Positions 48,267-59,354 of a stretch of DNA of 64,000 bases are shown here, in pieces (positions within the stretch are counted from its first letter, which is position 1; each line of letters opens with the position of its first letter). Under the pieces are notes generated by a model that was not told the DNA's origin, ran no database searches, and saw only the letters and a list, made by a program, of their open reading frames with translations. The stretch is taken from positions 7,215 to 71,214 of the forward strand of contig CAIVPF010000035.1 in assembly GCA_903907745.1 (NCBI GenBank), read 5' to 3'. The position numbers were made by a program, and so were the translations under genes. Source of the stretch: an uncultured Cytophagaceae bacterium. Its GTDB lineage: Bacteria > Bacteroidota > Bacteroidia > Cytophagales > Spirosomataceae.

Positions 48267-48313
48267 TGGCTTATTGAATTCGCACGCATTTTTTTTCAAA
48301 TTAAATTTTTATT

Positions 48314-50545
48314 GTGGAATCTATCGAAAGTTTACCCACCCTTGATACAGCTAAAAAGTTAGGATTATTGCCCGAAGAATACGATCGCATTCAGGAAATA
48401 TTAGGTCGTAAGCCTAATTTCACTGAATTATCGATTTTTTCTGTCATGTGGTCGGAACATTGTTCTTATAAAAATTCGATTGTTTGGTTAAAAACCTTGC
48501 CGAAGGATTCCCCGCGGATGTTGGCCAAAGCCGGCGAAGAGAATGCGGGTTTGGTGGATTTAGGCGATGGTTTAGGCTGTGCGTTTAAGATTGAATCCCA
48601 TAATCACCCTTCGGCCTTGGAGCCTTATCAAGGAGCCGCCACGGGTGTGGGAGGAATCAACCGCGATATTTTTACGATGGGTGCGCGACCGATAGCCCAA
48701 TTAAATTCCTTACGTTTCGGAAATATTGAATTAGCTAAAACCAAATGGTTGGTGAAAGGGGTTGTAAAGGGAATTGGTGATTATGGCAATGCCTTTGGAA
48801 TTCCTACGGTGGGTGGTGAAGTGCAATTCGATGATTGTTACAATGTCAATCCTTTAGTCAATGCATTTTCGGCGGGTATTTTAAAGGTAGGAACTCAAGC
48901 CTCTGCGATTTCGTATGGGGTTGGGAATGGTGTTTTTATCGTGGGTTCTGCGACAGGAAAAGACGGAATTGGTGGGGCAAGTTTCGCTTCGGAAGATATA
49001 TCGGCTAAATCGTCGGAAAAATTACCAGCGGTTCAAGTGGGTGATCCTTTTCAAGAAAAATTATTATTAGAGGCTTCGTTGGAAATTATCGAAGCAGGTT
49101 GTGTAATCGGTATTCAAGACATGGGTGCGGCGGGGATTATTTGTTCGACCTCCGAGATGTCGGCCAAAGGAGAACACGGCATGATCATCAATTTGTCCAA
49201 GGTTCCTACGCGTCAGGCGAATATGCAGCCTTTTGAGATTTTGTTATCGGAATCTCAGGAGCGGATGTTAATCGTGGTGGAAAAAGGCCGTGAGCATGAA
49301 GCGAAACGCATTTTTGATAAATGGGATTTAAATTGTGAGCAAATTGGCGTCGTGACAGATACGAAACGCTTGGAGTTTTATCAAGATGGAAAATTAGTTG
49401 CGGATGTGCCGGCGGATGATTTGGTGTTAGGTGGTGGCGCTCCTGTATATCATCGGGAATATAAGGAACCTGCTTATTATCAAGAGTTTAAGAAATTTTC
49501 TATTGATTCAGTACAGGATATTAGTCAAGAAGAATTACCAAAGGCATTGAATTATTTAATGAATCATCCGAACATCGCCTCGAAGAAATGGGTGGCGGAA
49601 CAATATGATTCGTCGATTGGTCGGGCTAATCGCAATACCAATGCTCCATCCGATGCTGCGGTGGTAAAAGTACACGGCTCACAGAAATCGATAGTCATTA
49701 CGGTCGATTGCAATTCACGTTATGTGAATGCGGATCCGGAGGAAGGCTGTGCGATTGCGGTGGCGGAAGCGGCAAGAAATATCGTTTGTTCGGGCGGGGT
49801 TCCAGTGGCGATTACCAATTGTTTGAATTTCGGGAATCCATACGTGCCTGAGGTATATTGGCAATTTGTAGGTGCGATTAAGGGGATGAAAAAAGCCTGT
49901 TTGGCCTTCGAAACGCCTGTGACGGGAGGAAACGTGAGTTTTTATAATCAGTCATCGGACGAGGGTCCGGTGTTTCCGACGCCTACGATCGGCATGCTCG
50001 GAATCTTAGAAAATCCGGCCATGAAAATGACTTTGGATTTCAAGAAAGAGGGTGATTTAATTTATTTAGTTGGGCAATCCGTGAATGATTTGGCCTCTTC
50101 AGAATATCTATATTCGTACAAAGGTGTGAAGGCAAGTCCTTCACCTCATTTTGATTTAGCGACGGAACAAAAGATCCAATCGGCCATAGCCAGTTTAATC
50201 GAAGGAGGATTGATTCAGTCGGCCCATGATGTGTCTGATGGGGGTTTGATGGTGACCTTAGCGGAATCGAGTTTTCCTCGGAAATTAGGTTTTGATGTGC
50301 ATTCAGATGCCGCGATTCGTCAAGATGCATTTTGGTTCGGTGAGGCGCAAAGCCGGGTACTTGTATCCGTAGATCCATCCCAAAAATCAGCCTTTGAGGC
50401 AAAATTAAACGTATCTGGAACGGTATATTCGGTTCTAGGAATCGTGAAAGGGAGCGATTTAGTCGCAGATGGCCAAGTGCTTTCTAGCCTAGATAAAGCG
50501 CATACTTCGTATTACACGGCCTTAGAAACAGCCTTAATGAATTAA
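48314..50545 (+). CDS. purL: Phosphoribosylformylglycinamidine synthase subunit PurL
   Basis: MWSEHCSYK, GEENAG, KIESHNHPS, QDMGAAG, SESQERM, NCLNFGNP, VTGGNVSFYN, HDVSDGG. Confidence 0.98.
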   Translation: MESIESLPTLDTAKKLGLLPEEYDRIQEILGRKPNFTELSIFSVMWSEHCSYKNSIVWLKTLPKDSPRMLAKAGEENAGLVDLGDGLGCAFKIESHNHPSALEPYQGAATGVGGINRDIFTMGARPIAQLNSLRFGNIELAKTKWLVKGVVKGIGDYGNAFGIPTVGGEVQFDDCYNVNPLVNAFSAGILKVGTQASAISYGVGNGVFIVGSATGKDGIGGASFASEDISAKSSEKLPAVQVGDPFQEKLLLEASLEIIEAGCVIGIQDMGAAGIICSTSEMSAKGEHGMIINLSKVPTRQANMQPFEILLSESQERMLIVVEKGREHEAKRIFDKWDLNCEQIGVVTDTKRLEFYQDGKLVADVPADDLVLGGGAPVYHREYKEPAYYQEFKKFSIDSVQDISQEELPKALNYLMNHPNIASKKWVAEQYDSSIGRANRNTNAPSDAAVVKVHGSQKSIVITVDCNSRYVNADPEEGCAIAVAEAARNIVCSGGVPVAITNCLNFGNPYVPEVYWQFVGAIKGMKKACLAFETPVTGGNVSFYNQSSDEGPVFPTPTIGMLGILENPAMKMTLDFKKEGDLIYLVGQSVNDLASSEYLYSYKGVKASPSPHFDLATEQKIQSAIASLIEGGLIQSAHDVSDGGLMVTLAESSFPRKLGFDVHSDAAIRQDAFWFGEAQSRVLVSVDPSQKSAFEAKLNVSGTVYSVLGIVKGSDLVADGQVLSSLDKAHTSYYTALETALMN

Positions 50546-50548
50546 TGA

Positions 50549-51310
50549 ATGAGCCGCTATTTGATTCAATTTTCATATGATGGCGGTTCTTTTCATGGTT
50601 TTCAATCTCAGCCGAATGCCCATACGGTGCAATCCGAGTTGGATGAAAAATTAGCTTTATTTTTAGGTATATCGATCGAGACCACCGGAAGTTCACGAAC
50701 GGATACGGGTGTGCACGCTCATCAACAATTTGCCCATTTTGATCTACCTGATACCATTTTAATCCCAGAAGATGCGACGTATCGGATAAATCGGATGTTG
50801 CCCACTACACTCGTAGTTCAAGCTTTTTATCGCGTTGCCGAAGATTTCAATGCCCGTTTCGAAGCAGAATCGCGTACCTATGAGTACCGGATTGCGCGAC
50901 AAAAAAATCCATTTTCAAGGGATTATGCCTATTGGTTCGAGGCCCCCCTGGATCTAAAGAAAATGTACGAAGCCTGTGACATCTTTATGTCTTATGCGGA
51001 TTTTCAGAGTTTTTCCAAAGTAAAAACCGAGGTGAATACGTTCACTTGTGATATTCAACGTGCGGAATGGAAAGAGGAAGGGGAGATGCTCATCTTTACC
51101 ATTCAGGCTAATCGGTTTTTGCGCGGCATGGTTCGTGCTATCGTGGGGACCTTGCTGGAAATAGGTTTAGGAAAATGGGATTTAAACGATTTACATCGAA
51201 TTCTTGCCTCCAAAGACCGTAAGTTAGCCGGTCGGGCCGTACCCGCCCATGGCTTACATTTGATGGAAGTGGCCTATCCAAAGGCTACTTTTGCCGCCAG
51301 ATGTTCATAA
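50549..51310 (+). CDS. truA: tRNA pseudouridine(38-40) synthase
   Basis: YDGGSFHGFQ, SSRTDTGVHA (catalytic Asp), FLRGMVR, PAHGL. Confidence 0.96.
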   Translation: MSRYLIQFSYDGGSFHGFQSQPNAHTVQSELDEKLALFLGISIETTGSSRTDTGVHAHQQFAHFDLPDTILIPEDATYRINRMLPTTLVVQAFYRVAEDFNARFEAESRTYEYRIARQKNPFSRDYAYWFEAPLDLKKMYEACDIFMSYADFQSFSKVKTEVNTFTCDIQRAEWKEEGEMLIFTIQANRFLRGMVRAIVGTLLEIGLGKWDLNDLHRILASKDRKLAGRAVPAHGLHLMEVAYPKATFAARCS

Positions 51311-52664
51311 TGACATCCAACAAATTAGGTGCTGAACGGATTTTAATCGCCTTGGGTTTGTAATTCAATCCCTTCAAATTGTACTTGCTGATCCAAATTT
51401 CCTTGAATCCTAATTTTTCTGCCTCAGCGATGCGTTGGTCTATCCGCGTCACGGAACGCAATTCGCCTCCTAGGCCAACTTCCGCCGCAAAACAACTCGA
51501 TGAATCAATGATTTTATCCTCATAGGAAGACACAATCGAAAGGCAAGTAGCTAAATCCAATGCCGGATCATCCACACGGATGCCCCCGGTAATGTTTAAA
51601 AATACATCTTGGGTTCCTAATTTATAGCCCCCGCGTTTTTCGAGGACGGCGATGAGCATATTGAGGCGTTTGGCGTCATAGCCATTGGCCGTGCGCTGGG
51701 CCGTTCCGTAATTTGACTGGGTAACGAGCGATTGTATTTCAACCAACAATGGTCGATTTCCTTCCAACAAAGTCCCTATCGCAATTCCGGATGAAGCCTC
51801 TTCTCGCTGGGACAATAAGATTTCAGATGGATTTGTCACTGGCCTTAATCCGCTGCCCAACATTTCGTATATACCTAATTCGGAGGTGCTTCCGAATCTA
51901 TTTTTCGTGGTTCGAAGGATTCGATAGATCATATGCCGGTCGCCTTCGAACTGTAAAACGGTATCGACCAAATGTTCCAAGACCTTTGGGCCTGCGATGG
52001 AGCCTTCTTTGGTGATGTGGCCAACTAAAAATATAGGCGTGGCACTTTCCTTTGCGAATCGCATGAGTTCGAGGGCACATTCGCGGATTTGGGAGACGCT
52101 GCCGGGTCCGGATTCGATTTGGTCGGAATAGAGCGTTTGAATGGAATCGATGATGATTAAATCGGGCTCGATGTCGACGATTTGTCGGAATATTTGTTGG
52201 GTATTCGTTTCAGTCAAAATATAGACGTTGTTCGAAGAGGCTTGAAGCCGATCGGCGCGTAATTTGATTTGTTGCTCAGATTCCTCACCGGTCACATATA
52301 ACACTTTGGGACCTTGGAGGGATAGGGCAACTTGTAATAATAAAGTAGATTTTCCTATGCCCGGTTCTCCGCCGATGAGCACAAGGCTTCCGGGAACAAT
52401 TCCCCCGCCGAGGACGCGGTTGAATTCGGGATCAGCTGAGCTAATTTTGGGGGTATTTTCGAAGGAGACTTCGGCTAATAATTTAGGTTTGGGAGGGGTT
52501 CGATTGCTCCCTTTATCCTTCCAAACTTCGGCTGGATGGGCATTCGTTTCGATCAATTCTTCCACGAAAGTGTTCCATTCGCCACAAGAAGGACATTTGC
52601 CTAACCATTTTGGGGCAGAATGACCACAAGATTGACAAAAAAAAGAGGTTTTTGCTTTCGCCAC
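51285..52664 (-). CDS. radA: DNA repair protein RadA/Sms
   Basis: CQSCG...CPSC zinc finger, GGEPGIGKST, KNRFG, Lon-like C-terminus. Confidence 0.98.
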   Translation of the reverse strand: MAKAKTSFFCQSCGHSAPKWLGKCPSCGEWNTFVEELIETNAHPAEVWKDKGSNRTPPKPKLLAEVSFENTPKISSADPEFNRVLGGGIVPGSLVLIGGEPGIGKSTLLLQVALSLQGPKVLYVTGEESEQQIKLRADRLQASSNNVYILTETNTQQIFRQIVDIEPDLIIIDSIQTLYSDQIESGPGSVSQIRECALELMRFAKESATPIFLVGHITKEGSIAGPKVLEHLVDTVLQFEGDRHMIYRILRTTKNRFGSTSELGIYEMLGSGLRPVTNPSEILLSQREEASSGIAIGTLLEGNRPLLVEIQSLVTQSNYGTAQRTANGYDAKRLNMLIAVLEKRGGYKLGTQDVFLNITGGIRVDDPALDLATCLSIVSSYEDKIIDSSSCFAAEVGLGGELRSVTRIDQRIAEAEKLGFKEIWISKYNLKGLNYKPKAIKIRSAPNLLDVIMNIWRQK

Positions 52665-52683
52665 GACACTAGGATTTAAGCTT

Positions 52684-52691
52684 CAAATTTA
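52684..52691 (-). promoter_or_regulatory. Bacteroidota -7 promoter box (TAAATTTG) upstream of radA
   Basis: Exact TAnnTTTG on the minus strand, about 19 nt upstream of the GTG start. Confidence 0.5.
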
Positions 52692-52748
52692 CGCTTTGAT
52701 TTGGTTTTTTCTTTTTTTTCGATTGAAAAAGGATAATTTTACATCAAA

Positions 52749-53447
52749 ATGAAAACCATGAATCGAATTTACGTTTTTCTAATTGCTTTGCTACTAATAA
52801 GTATGCAAACTCAAGCTCAATTTTTAATGCCTGCCCGAAAAGTAACGGGTAGTTTTTTCCGCCTCGGAATCAAAGGTGGGGTGAACATGGCCAGCATTAA
52901 AACGGATGGTATTTTCCAATTTAATAGCACCAATTACTCCAATTTAATCAAGGAAAGTCTCGACACCAAACAAAGTTATGTTGGGGGTATTTACGCCCGT
53001 TTAGGCCGAAAAATATTTATTGAACCTGAATTATTGGTTTCCGCAAAGGGTGGCTCCATTAATTTGTTGAACGTATTATCTAGCCAAAATGTGATTAATG
53101 TATCCTATACGAATTTAGATGTACCGATTTTACTGGGCTATAAATTCGGTTTTATCCATTTTATGGCGGGGCCAGTAGCATCTTATACCTTGAATTCGGA
53201 TAGTAATATGGAAGCATTGATGACACAAATCAGTAATAAATTGGGTGGTAATATAGGCGAAATAGCATCTAGGGCCTCATTTTCATATCAGGCTGGTGCC
53301 GGTATTGATCTTTTGGGCTTAACGTTAGATATACGTTACGAAGGAAATTTAAGTCAATTGGCTAATACCATTCCGATTCCTGCAGGCATTACCTTTTCAC
53401 CCAAATTGAATTTGTGGCAGGCCACCTTAGGAATTAAAATTTTATAA
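52749..53447 (+). CDS. Outer-membrane beta-barrel (porin/PorT-like family) protein
   Basis: Signal peptide; GIKGGVN, YTNLDVPILLGYK, AGPVASY, GAGIDL, terminal strand WQATLGIKIL. Confidence 0.8.
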   Translation: MKTMNRIYVFLIALLLISMQTQAQFLMPARKVTGSFFRLGIKGGVNMASIKTDGIFQFNSTNYSNLIKESLDTKQSYVGGIYARLGRKIFIEPELLVSAKGGSINLLNVLSSQNVINVSYTNLDVPILLGYKFGFIHFMAGPVASYTLNSDSNMEALMTQISNKLGGNIGEIASRASFSYQAGAGIDLLGLTLDIRYEGNLSQLANTIPIPAGITFSPKLNLWQATLGIKIL

Positions 53448-53471
53448 GATTAGCGCATAGGCTTTGTATAT

Positions 53472-54497
53472 ATGAAGGAACAAATCACATCGATTCAAGC
53501 AGAGGTAGAACGATTTCCCATCGGAAATGAATCGGAATTAGAACAATTTAGAATTCAATTTGTCGGGAGAAAAGGTCGTTTAGCAGCTTTATTTGACCTA
53601 TTAAAAGACGTTCCTGCTGAGCAAAGACGTGAAGTAGGCCAGGCCTTGAATGGCTTAAAAAATTTAGCAGAGGCGAAATTTGAAGAGGCTCAAAGCCAAT
53701 TCGCAGGAGCGGGAGCCAAGGTGGAAATTCCTCATGATTTAACCTTATTGGATCCTATTTCGCAAGGAAGTTTGCATCCATTGACTTTAGTTCGCGCAAG
53801 GATTTTGGAAATTTTTAATCGCATGGGTTTTTCGGTTTCGGATGGCCCGGAGATTGAAACCGATTTTTACAATTTTACTGCGCTCAATTTTCCGGCCAAT
53901 CACCCCGCGAGAGAAATGCAAGATACTTTTTTCATCGAAAAAGGTGCAGGTGAAATCCAAGATGATGTGTTGTTGCGTACCCATACCTCCAACGTGCAGA
54001 TTCGCTTAATGCAACATCAAAAGCCACCGATTCGTTCGGTCATGCCAGGTCGCGTGTATCGCAATGAAGCCATTTCGGCTCGTGCGCATTGCCTATTCCA
54101 TCAGGTGGAAGGGCTATATGTAGATAAGCAAGTTAGCTTTAAAGATTTAAAAGACACCTTATATCATTTCGCGAAAGAGATGTTTGGGAAAGATACCAAA
54201 GTTCGTTTCAGACCTTCCTATTTTCCGTTTACCGAGCCTAGCGCGGAAATGGATATCACTTGTTTATTATGCAAAGGCGATGGCTGTAATGTATGTAAGC
54301 AGGCGGGCTGGGTCGAAATTGCTGGTGCAGGTATGGTCGATCCGAATGTGTTGGAAAATGTGGGCATCGATTCGACGAAATACAATGGTTTTGCTTTTGG
54401 TATGGGAATCGAGCGGATTACAATGCTGAAATACCAAATTAAGGACCTTCGTTTGTTTACCGAAAATGATGTTCGTTTTTTAAAGCAATTTTCTTAG
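53472..54497 (+). CDS. pheS: Phenylalanine--tRNA ligase alpha subunit
   Basis: HPAREMQDTF, LRTHTS, FHQVEG, FRPSYFPFTEPS, FAFGMGIER. Confidence 0.99.
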   Translation: MKEQITSIQAEVERFPIGNESELEQFRIQFVGRKGRLAALFDLLKDVPAEQRREVGQALNGLKNLAEAKFEEAQSQFAGAGAKVEIPHDLTLLDPISQGSLHPLTLVRARILEIFNRMGFSVSDGPEIETDFYNFTALNFPANHPAREMQDTFFIEKGAGEIQDDVLLRTHTSNVQIRLMQHQKPPIRSVMPGRVYRNEAISARAHCLFHQVEGLYVDKQVSFKDLKDTLYHFAKEMFGKDTKVRFRPSYFPFTEPSAEMDITCLLCKGDGCNVCKQAGWVEIAGAGMVDPNVLENVGIDSTKYNGFAFGMGIERITMLKYQIKDLRLFTENDVRFLKQFS

Positions 54498-54549
54498 AAC
54501 AAATAACAGATTTTAACAGCTTTGCTCGTTACTAGTGAAGGGCAATTCC

Positions 54550-54557
54550 TATTTTTG
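54550..54557 (+). promoter_or_regulatory. Bacteroidota -7 promoter box (TATTTTTG) upstream of the DUF2723 gene
   Basis: Exact TAnnTTTG, 17 nt upstream of ATG 54575. Confidence 0.45.
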
Positions 54558-54574
54558 ATTTTTAATCACTGAAT

Positions 54575-57547
54575 ATGCAAAATTTTACTCGTTTAAATAA
54601 CCTAGCTGGTTGGTTCGTTTTCTTAATCGCTTTGGTTACCTATACATTGACTGTGGAACCGACGGCCTCCTTTTGGGATTGTGGTGAATTCATCGCCTGC
54701 GCCTACAAATTACAGGTTCCTCATCCTCCAGGAGCACCCTTGTTTTTATTGATCGGTCGGATGTTTTCCTTATTGGCCTTGGGTGATGTGAGTCGAGTGG
54801 CTTTTTGGGTGAATATGATGTCTGTGGTTTCAAGTGCGCTGACGATTTTGTTTTTGCATTGGACGATTGTGATGATTGGTCGTAAGGTGTTGAATAAGCC
54901 ATTTGCAGCGTTATCGAATACAGAAGGTGGGGTTTTATTGTTCTCAGGTGTTGTGGGATCTTTGGTCTATACGTTTTCGGATACGTTTTGGTTTTCGGCG
55001 GTTGAGGCTGAAGTATATGCAATGTCCTCTTTCTTTACGGCGATTGTCGTGTGGGCGGCGTTCAAATGGGAATTGGTGGAGGATGAAGCTGAGGGGAATC
55101 GTTGGATTTTATTTATTGCCTATTTAGTGGGCTTGTCGATTGGGGTCCATTTATTGAACTTGGTAACTTTGCCGGCTTTAGCGATTTTGTATTATTTCAA
55201 AAAGGAGGCGAAACCTACGTATAAAGGTGGTTTTATCGCCATGATGATCGGTTTATTGATCCTAGGAATCATTAATTCAGGGATTATTCCGGGCTTGCCT
55301 TCGGTGGCATTTTGGTTTGAATTACAATTCGTGAATAGCATGGGTTTAGGCTATGGAAGTGGGGCATTGTTCTTCTTGATTTTATTGATTTTGGCGGTCG
55401 TGTTTGGGATTCGTTATTCCTATGCGAAGCATAAAGTGGTGTTGAATGTGGCTTTGTTTTCGTTTGTGTTTTTATTGATTGGCTATTCGACTTATACCGT
55501 GGCACTCGTTCGTTCGGGCTATAATCCGCCGATTAACGAGAATGACCCTAGCAACATCTTGAATTTCCTAAAATACTTAAAGCGTGAGCAATATGGTTCA
55601 CGGTCTTTATTGTACGGTCCCGTTTATACAGCCCAAATCGAGGATTTCAAACAAGGCGATCCTGTTTACAAGATGAAAGATGGCAAATACGTGGTGTATA
55701 CGAATAAGCCAGAGTATGTGTATCAGAAAGACCAACAAATGTTATTACCACGCGTGTGGAGCAATTCAGGCCAGCACGTGCAATTGTATCAGGAAATGTT
55801 AGGCATACCTGCGGGTCAAAAACCAAGTTTTGGAGATAATCTACGTTTCATGTTCAGCCATCAAATGGGGCATATGTACATGCGTTATTTACTGTGGAAT
55901 TTTGTGGGCAGGGAAGGAGACCAACAGGACGCATGGGCTATCAATGCCTTTGAAGATTCTTCCAAATTACCTGATTTAGTGCGTGAGAATAAGGCGAGAA
56001 ACAATTACTATTATTTGCCGATCATTTTGGTGCTTTTAGGGTTCTATTTATTGTACCGCAAAAATGAAAAGGATTTTCTAGTTACGATTTTAATGTTTGT
56101 CTTGACGGGCGTGGCCTTGGTGGTGTATTTGAATTCGCCGCCGGTGGAGCCACGTGAACGGGATTATATTTATGTGGGGTCCTTTTATTTCTTAGCTATT
56201 TGGGCGGGATTAGGTATTATGCAATTGGCTGAATGGCTAGCGAAATTCATCACATCGAAGCAGGTTCGTTGGGCAGTTTTGGCTGTCTTAGGTTTGGCTG
56301 CACCGGTGCTAATGGCTCAGCAAAACTGGGATGACCATGATCGAAGCAAGCGCTATCATCAAATTGATTTTGCTAAAAACTTATTGAATTCCTGTGCCCC
56401 GAATGCCATTTTATTTACGGGCGGAGATAATGATACATTCCCACTATGGTATGTGCAAGAGGTAGAAGGCTTCCGTACGGACGTTCGGGTGTGTAATTTG
56501 TCTTTGTTAGGAACGGATTGGTATGTGGATCAAATGAAGCGGCAGACCTATTTATCCGAGGCATTGCCGATTAAATTAAAGAAAGACCAATTTTTAGAAG
56601 GGGTGAATGATCAAATCATGTACAATGAAAATCCGAACATTTCGGGTATGTCCTTGCCGGATTATTTGGATTTATTGCACAAAGATGATCCTCGGATTCA
56701 AGCGCAAACCCAAAGTGGAGAAACGATTAATACCTTCCCTTCGGATTCCTTGGTGATTCCGGTGAATGCGGCTTTGGTGGCGAAATCGGCCTGGTTTCCA
56801 AAGGAATTTGTGCCCTTTTTGTCGGATCGCTTAGGTTGGAAATTGCCTTCTAAGAATATTTTCAAAGGTGAATTGGTCCAATTAGAAGTGATTTCAAACA
56901 ATGCCGTTTCGGGTTGGAAACGCCCGATTTATTTCGCGGCGACTTTGCCGAATGAGCAATATTTGGGCTTAAAGGAAAGCATGCAATTGGAAGGTTATGC
57001 CTATCGTTTGATGCCATTTAAGATTTCTGGTGCGAAGGATGGTTTTGTGAATACGAAGGTGATGTCGGATAATATGTTGCACAAAATGTTCTGGAGAGGC
57101 CTTAATGACCCTAGCATTTATTACCACGGTGATTTTTACATGGGTATTCCGAGTGTGACATTGCGTTTAGGTATTTATCGCTTGGCGGATCAATTAATCC
57201 GGGAAGGAAATATTCCCATGGCGAAACGCGTATTAGCTCATTTGGAACAAGTAATGCCGGATAAGGTGATTCCATACGATCAGTTTTCGGCAAGTATGGT
57301 GGGATTGTATTTGGAGGCAGGAGATGAGAAAAAGGCGCTAGCTATGGCGAATGTAATGGTTCGCCGGAATGCAAAGGCCATGGATTATTATTTGTCAGGT
57401 GGGATTCGTTCGAACGAGCGGAATATCCAAATCGCTTTGTATGAAATGAATTTGATTATTTCATCGCTAAAGGAATCCAGTGTAGCGCCAGCGAAATATA
57501 AAGAATTAGAAACAATGTTTACGGCTCAAATGAACAAGGTTCAATAA
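54575..57547 (+). CDS. DUF2723 (TMEM260-like, GT-C fold) membrane protein, putative protein O-glycosyltransferase
   Basis: ASFWDCGEF, VPHPPGAPLF, FWFSAVEAEVY, REQYG, PRERDY, GDNDTFPLWY. Confidence 0.88.
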   Translation: MQNFTRLNNLAGWFVFLIALVTYTLTVEPTASFWDCGEFIACAYKLQVPHPPGAPLFLLIGRMFSLLALGDVSRVAFWVNMMSVVSSALTILFLHWTIVMIGRKVLNKPFAALSNTEGGVLLFSGVVGSLVYTFSDTFWFSAVEAEVYAMSSFFTAIVVWAAFKWELVEDEAEGNRWILFIAYLVGLSIGVHLLNLVTLPALAILYYFKKEAKPTYKGGFIAMMIGLLILGIINSGIIPGLPSVAFWFELQFVNSMGLGYGSGALFFLILLILAVVFGIRYSYAKHKVVLNVALFSFVFLLIGYSTYTVALVRSGYNPPINENDPSNILNFLKYLKREQYGSRSLLYGPVYTAQIEDFKQGDPVYKMKDGKYVVYTNKPEYVYQKDQQMLLPRVWSNSGQHVQLYQEMLGIPAGQKPSFGDNLRFMFSHQMGHMYMRYLLWNFVGREGDQQDAWAINAFEDSSKLPDLVRENKARNNYYYLPIILVLLGFYLLYRKNEKDFLVTILMFVLTGVALVVYLNSPPVEPRERDYIYVGSFYFLAIWAGLGIMQLAEWLAKFITSKQVRWAVLAVLGLAAPVLMAQQNWDDHDRSKRYHQIDFAKNLLNSCAPNAILFTGGDNDTFPLWYVQEVEGFRTDVRVCNLSLLGTDWYVDQMKRQTYLSEALPIKLKKDQFLEGVNDQIMYNENPNISGMSLPDYLDLLHKDDPRIQAQTQSGETINTFPSDSLVIPVNAALVAKSAWFPKEFVPFLSDRLGWKLPSKNIFKGELVQLEVISNNAVSGWKRPIYFAATLPNEQYLGLKESMQLEGYAYRLMPFKISGAKDGFVNTKVMSDNMLHKMFWRGLNDPSIYYHGDFYMGIPSVTLRLGIYRLADQLIREGNIPMAKRVLAHLEQVMPDKVIPYDQFSASMVGLYLEAGDEKKALAMANVMVRRNAKAMDYYLSGGIRSNERNIQIALYEMNLIISSLKESSVAPAKYKELETMFTAQMNKVQ

Positions 57548-57562
57548 GCCGTAAACATATTT

Positions 57563-58729
57563 TTAGGAGAACATATCGCGTACCTTGTGGAAGAATCCTT
57601 TTTCGGATTTACTTGGTTGAGGTACGAAATTAGGCGAAGCCCTCAGTTTTTCTAAGATTTCAGTTTCTTCTTTGCTCAGCGATTTGGGTGTCCAAATATT
57701 GACATGTACTAATTGATCCCCGATCGAATAGCCATTTAATTCTTTGATTCCTTTGCCTTTTAAGCGAAGTATTTTGCCACTCTGCGTACCAGCTTCTAAT
57801 GTAATTTTTGCTTTGCCACTGATCGTCGGCACTTCGACGGAAGTTCCCAATGCCGCATCCACAAAATTCACATAGAGGTCAAAAATCACATTATTTCCGT
57901 CGCGATGCAGGACATCGTGATCTTCCTCTTCGATGACGATTAATAAGTCCCCGGCTATGCCACCGCGTGGAGGTACGTTTCCTTTGCCCGACATAGATAA
58001 TTGCATGTCATTCGAAACGCCTGCTGGGATTTTGATTGGGATGATTTCTTCTTCTAACACGCGGCCCTCGCCGAAACAAGATTCGCATTTAGCTCCTACG
58101 CTCTTTCCTTCGCCGCTACAAGTAGGACAGGTGGATGAAGTGACCATTTGGCCCAGCATCGTTTGTTGGACTCTTTTTACTTGCCCTGAACCTTGACAGG
58201 TTCCACAGGTTTTTAAATCGGTGCCATTTTTAGAACCGTTTCCACTGCAGGATTTACAAGCTACATGGCGTTTAACTTTGATTTTTTTCTCGACGCCGTT
58301 GGCGATTTCTTCTAAGTTGAGCTTCAACTTAATCCGCAGGTCGCTTCCTTTTCGTTGGCGTCTTCCTCCACCGCCTCCTCGGCCACCCGAGAAAAAGCTT
58401 CCGAATGGACTTTCATCGCCGAAAATATCTCCAAAATTCGAGAAGATATCCTCCATGTTCATGCCACCTGCTCCACCACCAAATCCACCTCCAGCTGCGC
58501 CACCCATTCCAGCATGTCCAAAACGATCGTATTGAGCTTTCTTTTGGCCATTACTTAAAACTTCATAGGCCTCAGCGGCTTCTTTGAATTTCTCTTCGGC
58601 CTCTTTATTATCTGGGTTTTTATCCGGATGGTATTTGATGGCCATCTTGCGATAAGCCTTTTTGATTTCTTCCTCGGAAGATGATTTTGAAACACCTAAA
58701 ATATCGTAATAATCTCTTTTTTGAGCCAT
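57563..58729 (-). CDS. dnaJ: Chaperone DnaJ
   Basis: HPDKNP J-domain, G/F-rich linker, four CxxCxGxG repeats. Confidence 0.99.
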   Translation of the reverse strand: MAQKRDYYDILGVSKSSSEEEIKKAYRKMAIKYHPDKNPDNKEAEEKFKEAAEAYEVLSNGQKKAQYDRFGHAGMGGAAGGGFGGGAGGMNMEDIFSNFGDIFGDESPFGSFFSGGRGGGGGRRQRKGSDLRIKLKLNLEEIANGVEKKIKVKRHVACKSCSGNGSKNGTDLKTCGTCQGSGQVKRVQQTMLGQMVTSSTCPTCSGEGKSVGAKCESCFGEGRVLEEEIIPIKIPAGVSNDMQLSMSGKGNVPPRGGIAGDLLIVIEEEDHDVLHRDGNNVIFDLYVNFVDAALGTSVEVPTISGKAKITLEAGTQSGKILRLKGKGIKELNGYSIGDQLVHVNIWTPKSLSKEETEILEKLRASPNFVPQPSKSEKGFFHKVRDMFS

Positions 58730-58735
58730 GGGGAA

Positions 58736-59254
58736 TTAATTGCCGACAACCACTTTTGCAAAGCGGATGACCTTTTCATTTAGTGTATAACCTTTTTCAA
58801 TGACCTCAACAACCTTTCCTTTATCCGCTTCCGTGGGTGCTGGGAATTGCGTAATGCAATCATGTATTTCGGGATCAAAAACCTCGCCTTTGGCGGGAAG
58901 CTCTTTTAAGCCTTTGGATTGAAGTAAGGAACTGATTTTAGCGAAAATTAATTTCGTTCCTTCCGATATTTCGCCTTCGGGGGCATTGGCTAATGCGCGT
59001 TCATAATCGTCGATGACGGATAATAAATCAACGATTACTCCAGCTGAGGCCGTTTGAATCAATTCAATTTTCTCTTTGGCCGTTCTTTTTCTGAAATTTT
59101 CAAAATCAGAATACAAACGCAAATATTTTTCCTTCATTTCAGCTAATTCATCGGTGGCTGGTTCGCTTTCCGACGCTTGTTCTTGCTCCTCAGTCGCTTC
59201 AGGACTATTTACTACTTCTTCTTCCTGTTGTTCGGGCTTCTCTTTCTTTTTCAT
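58736..59254 (-). CDS. grpE: Nucleotide exchange factor GrpE
   Basis: LRLYSDFENFRKR, FDPEIH, KGYTLNEKVIRFAKVVV. Confidence 0.97.
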   Translation of the reverse strand: MKKKEKPEQQEEEVVNSPEATEEQEQASESEPATDELAEMKEKYLRLYSDFENFRKRTAKEKIELIQTASAGVIVDLLSVIDDYERALANAPEGEISEGTKLIFAKISSLLQSKGLKELPAKGEVFDPEIHDCITQFPAPTEADKGKVVEVIEKGYTLNEKVIRFAKVVVGN

Positions 59255-59354
59255 ATGGCAAAATTAATAAGCTTTCGCTCAAACAAATCATGAACCAAAA
59301 ACTATTTTCTGACAGTTTGGCATAAATTCGGATAGCTTCGTAATTTTAGGTCTC

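Noticed and set aside
57563-59254. grpE-dnaJ without dnaK or hrcA, and pheS without pheT
   Set aside because: Both arrangements are usual in Bacteroidota.
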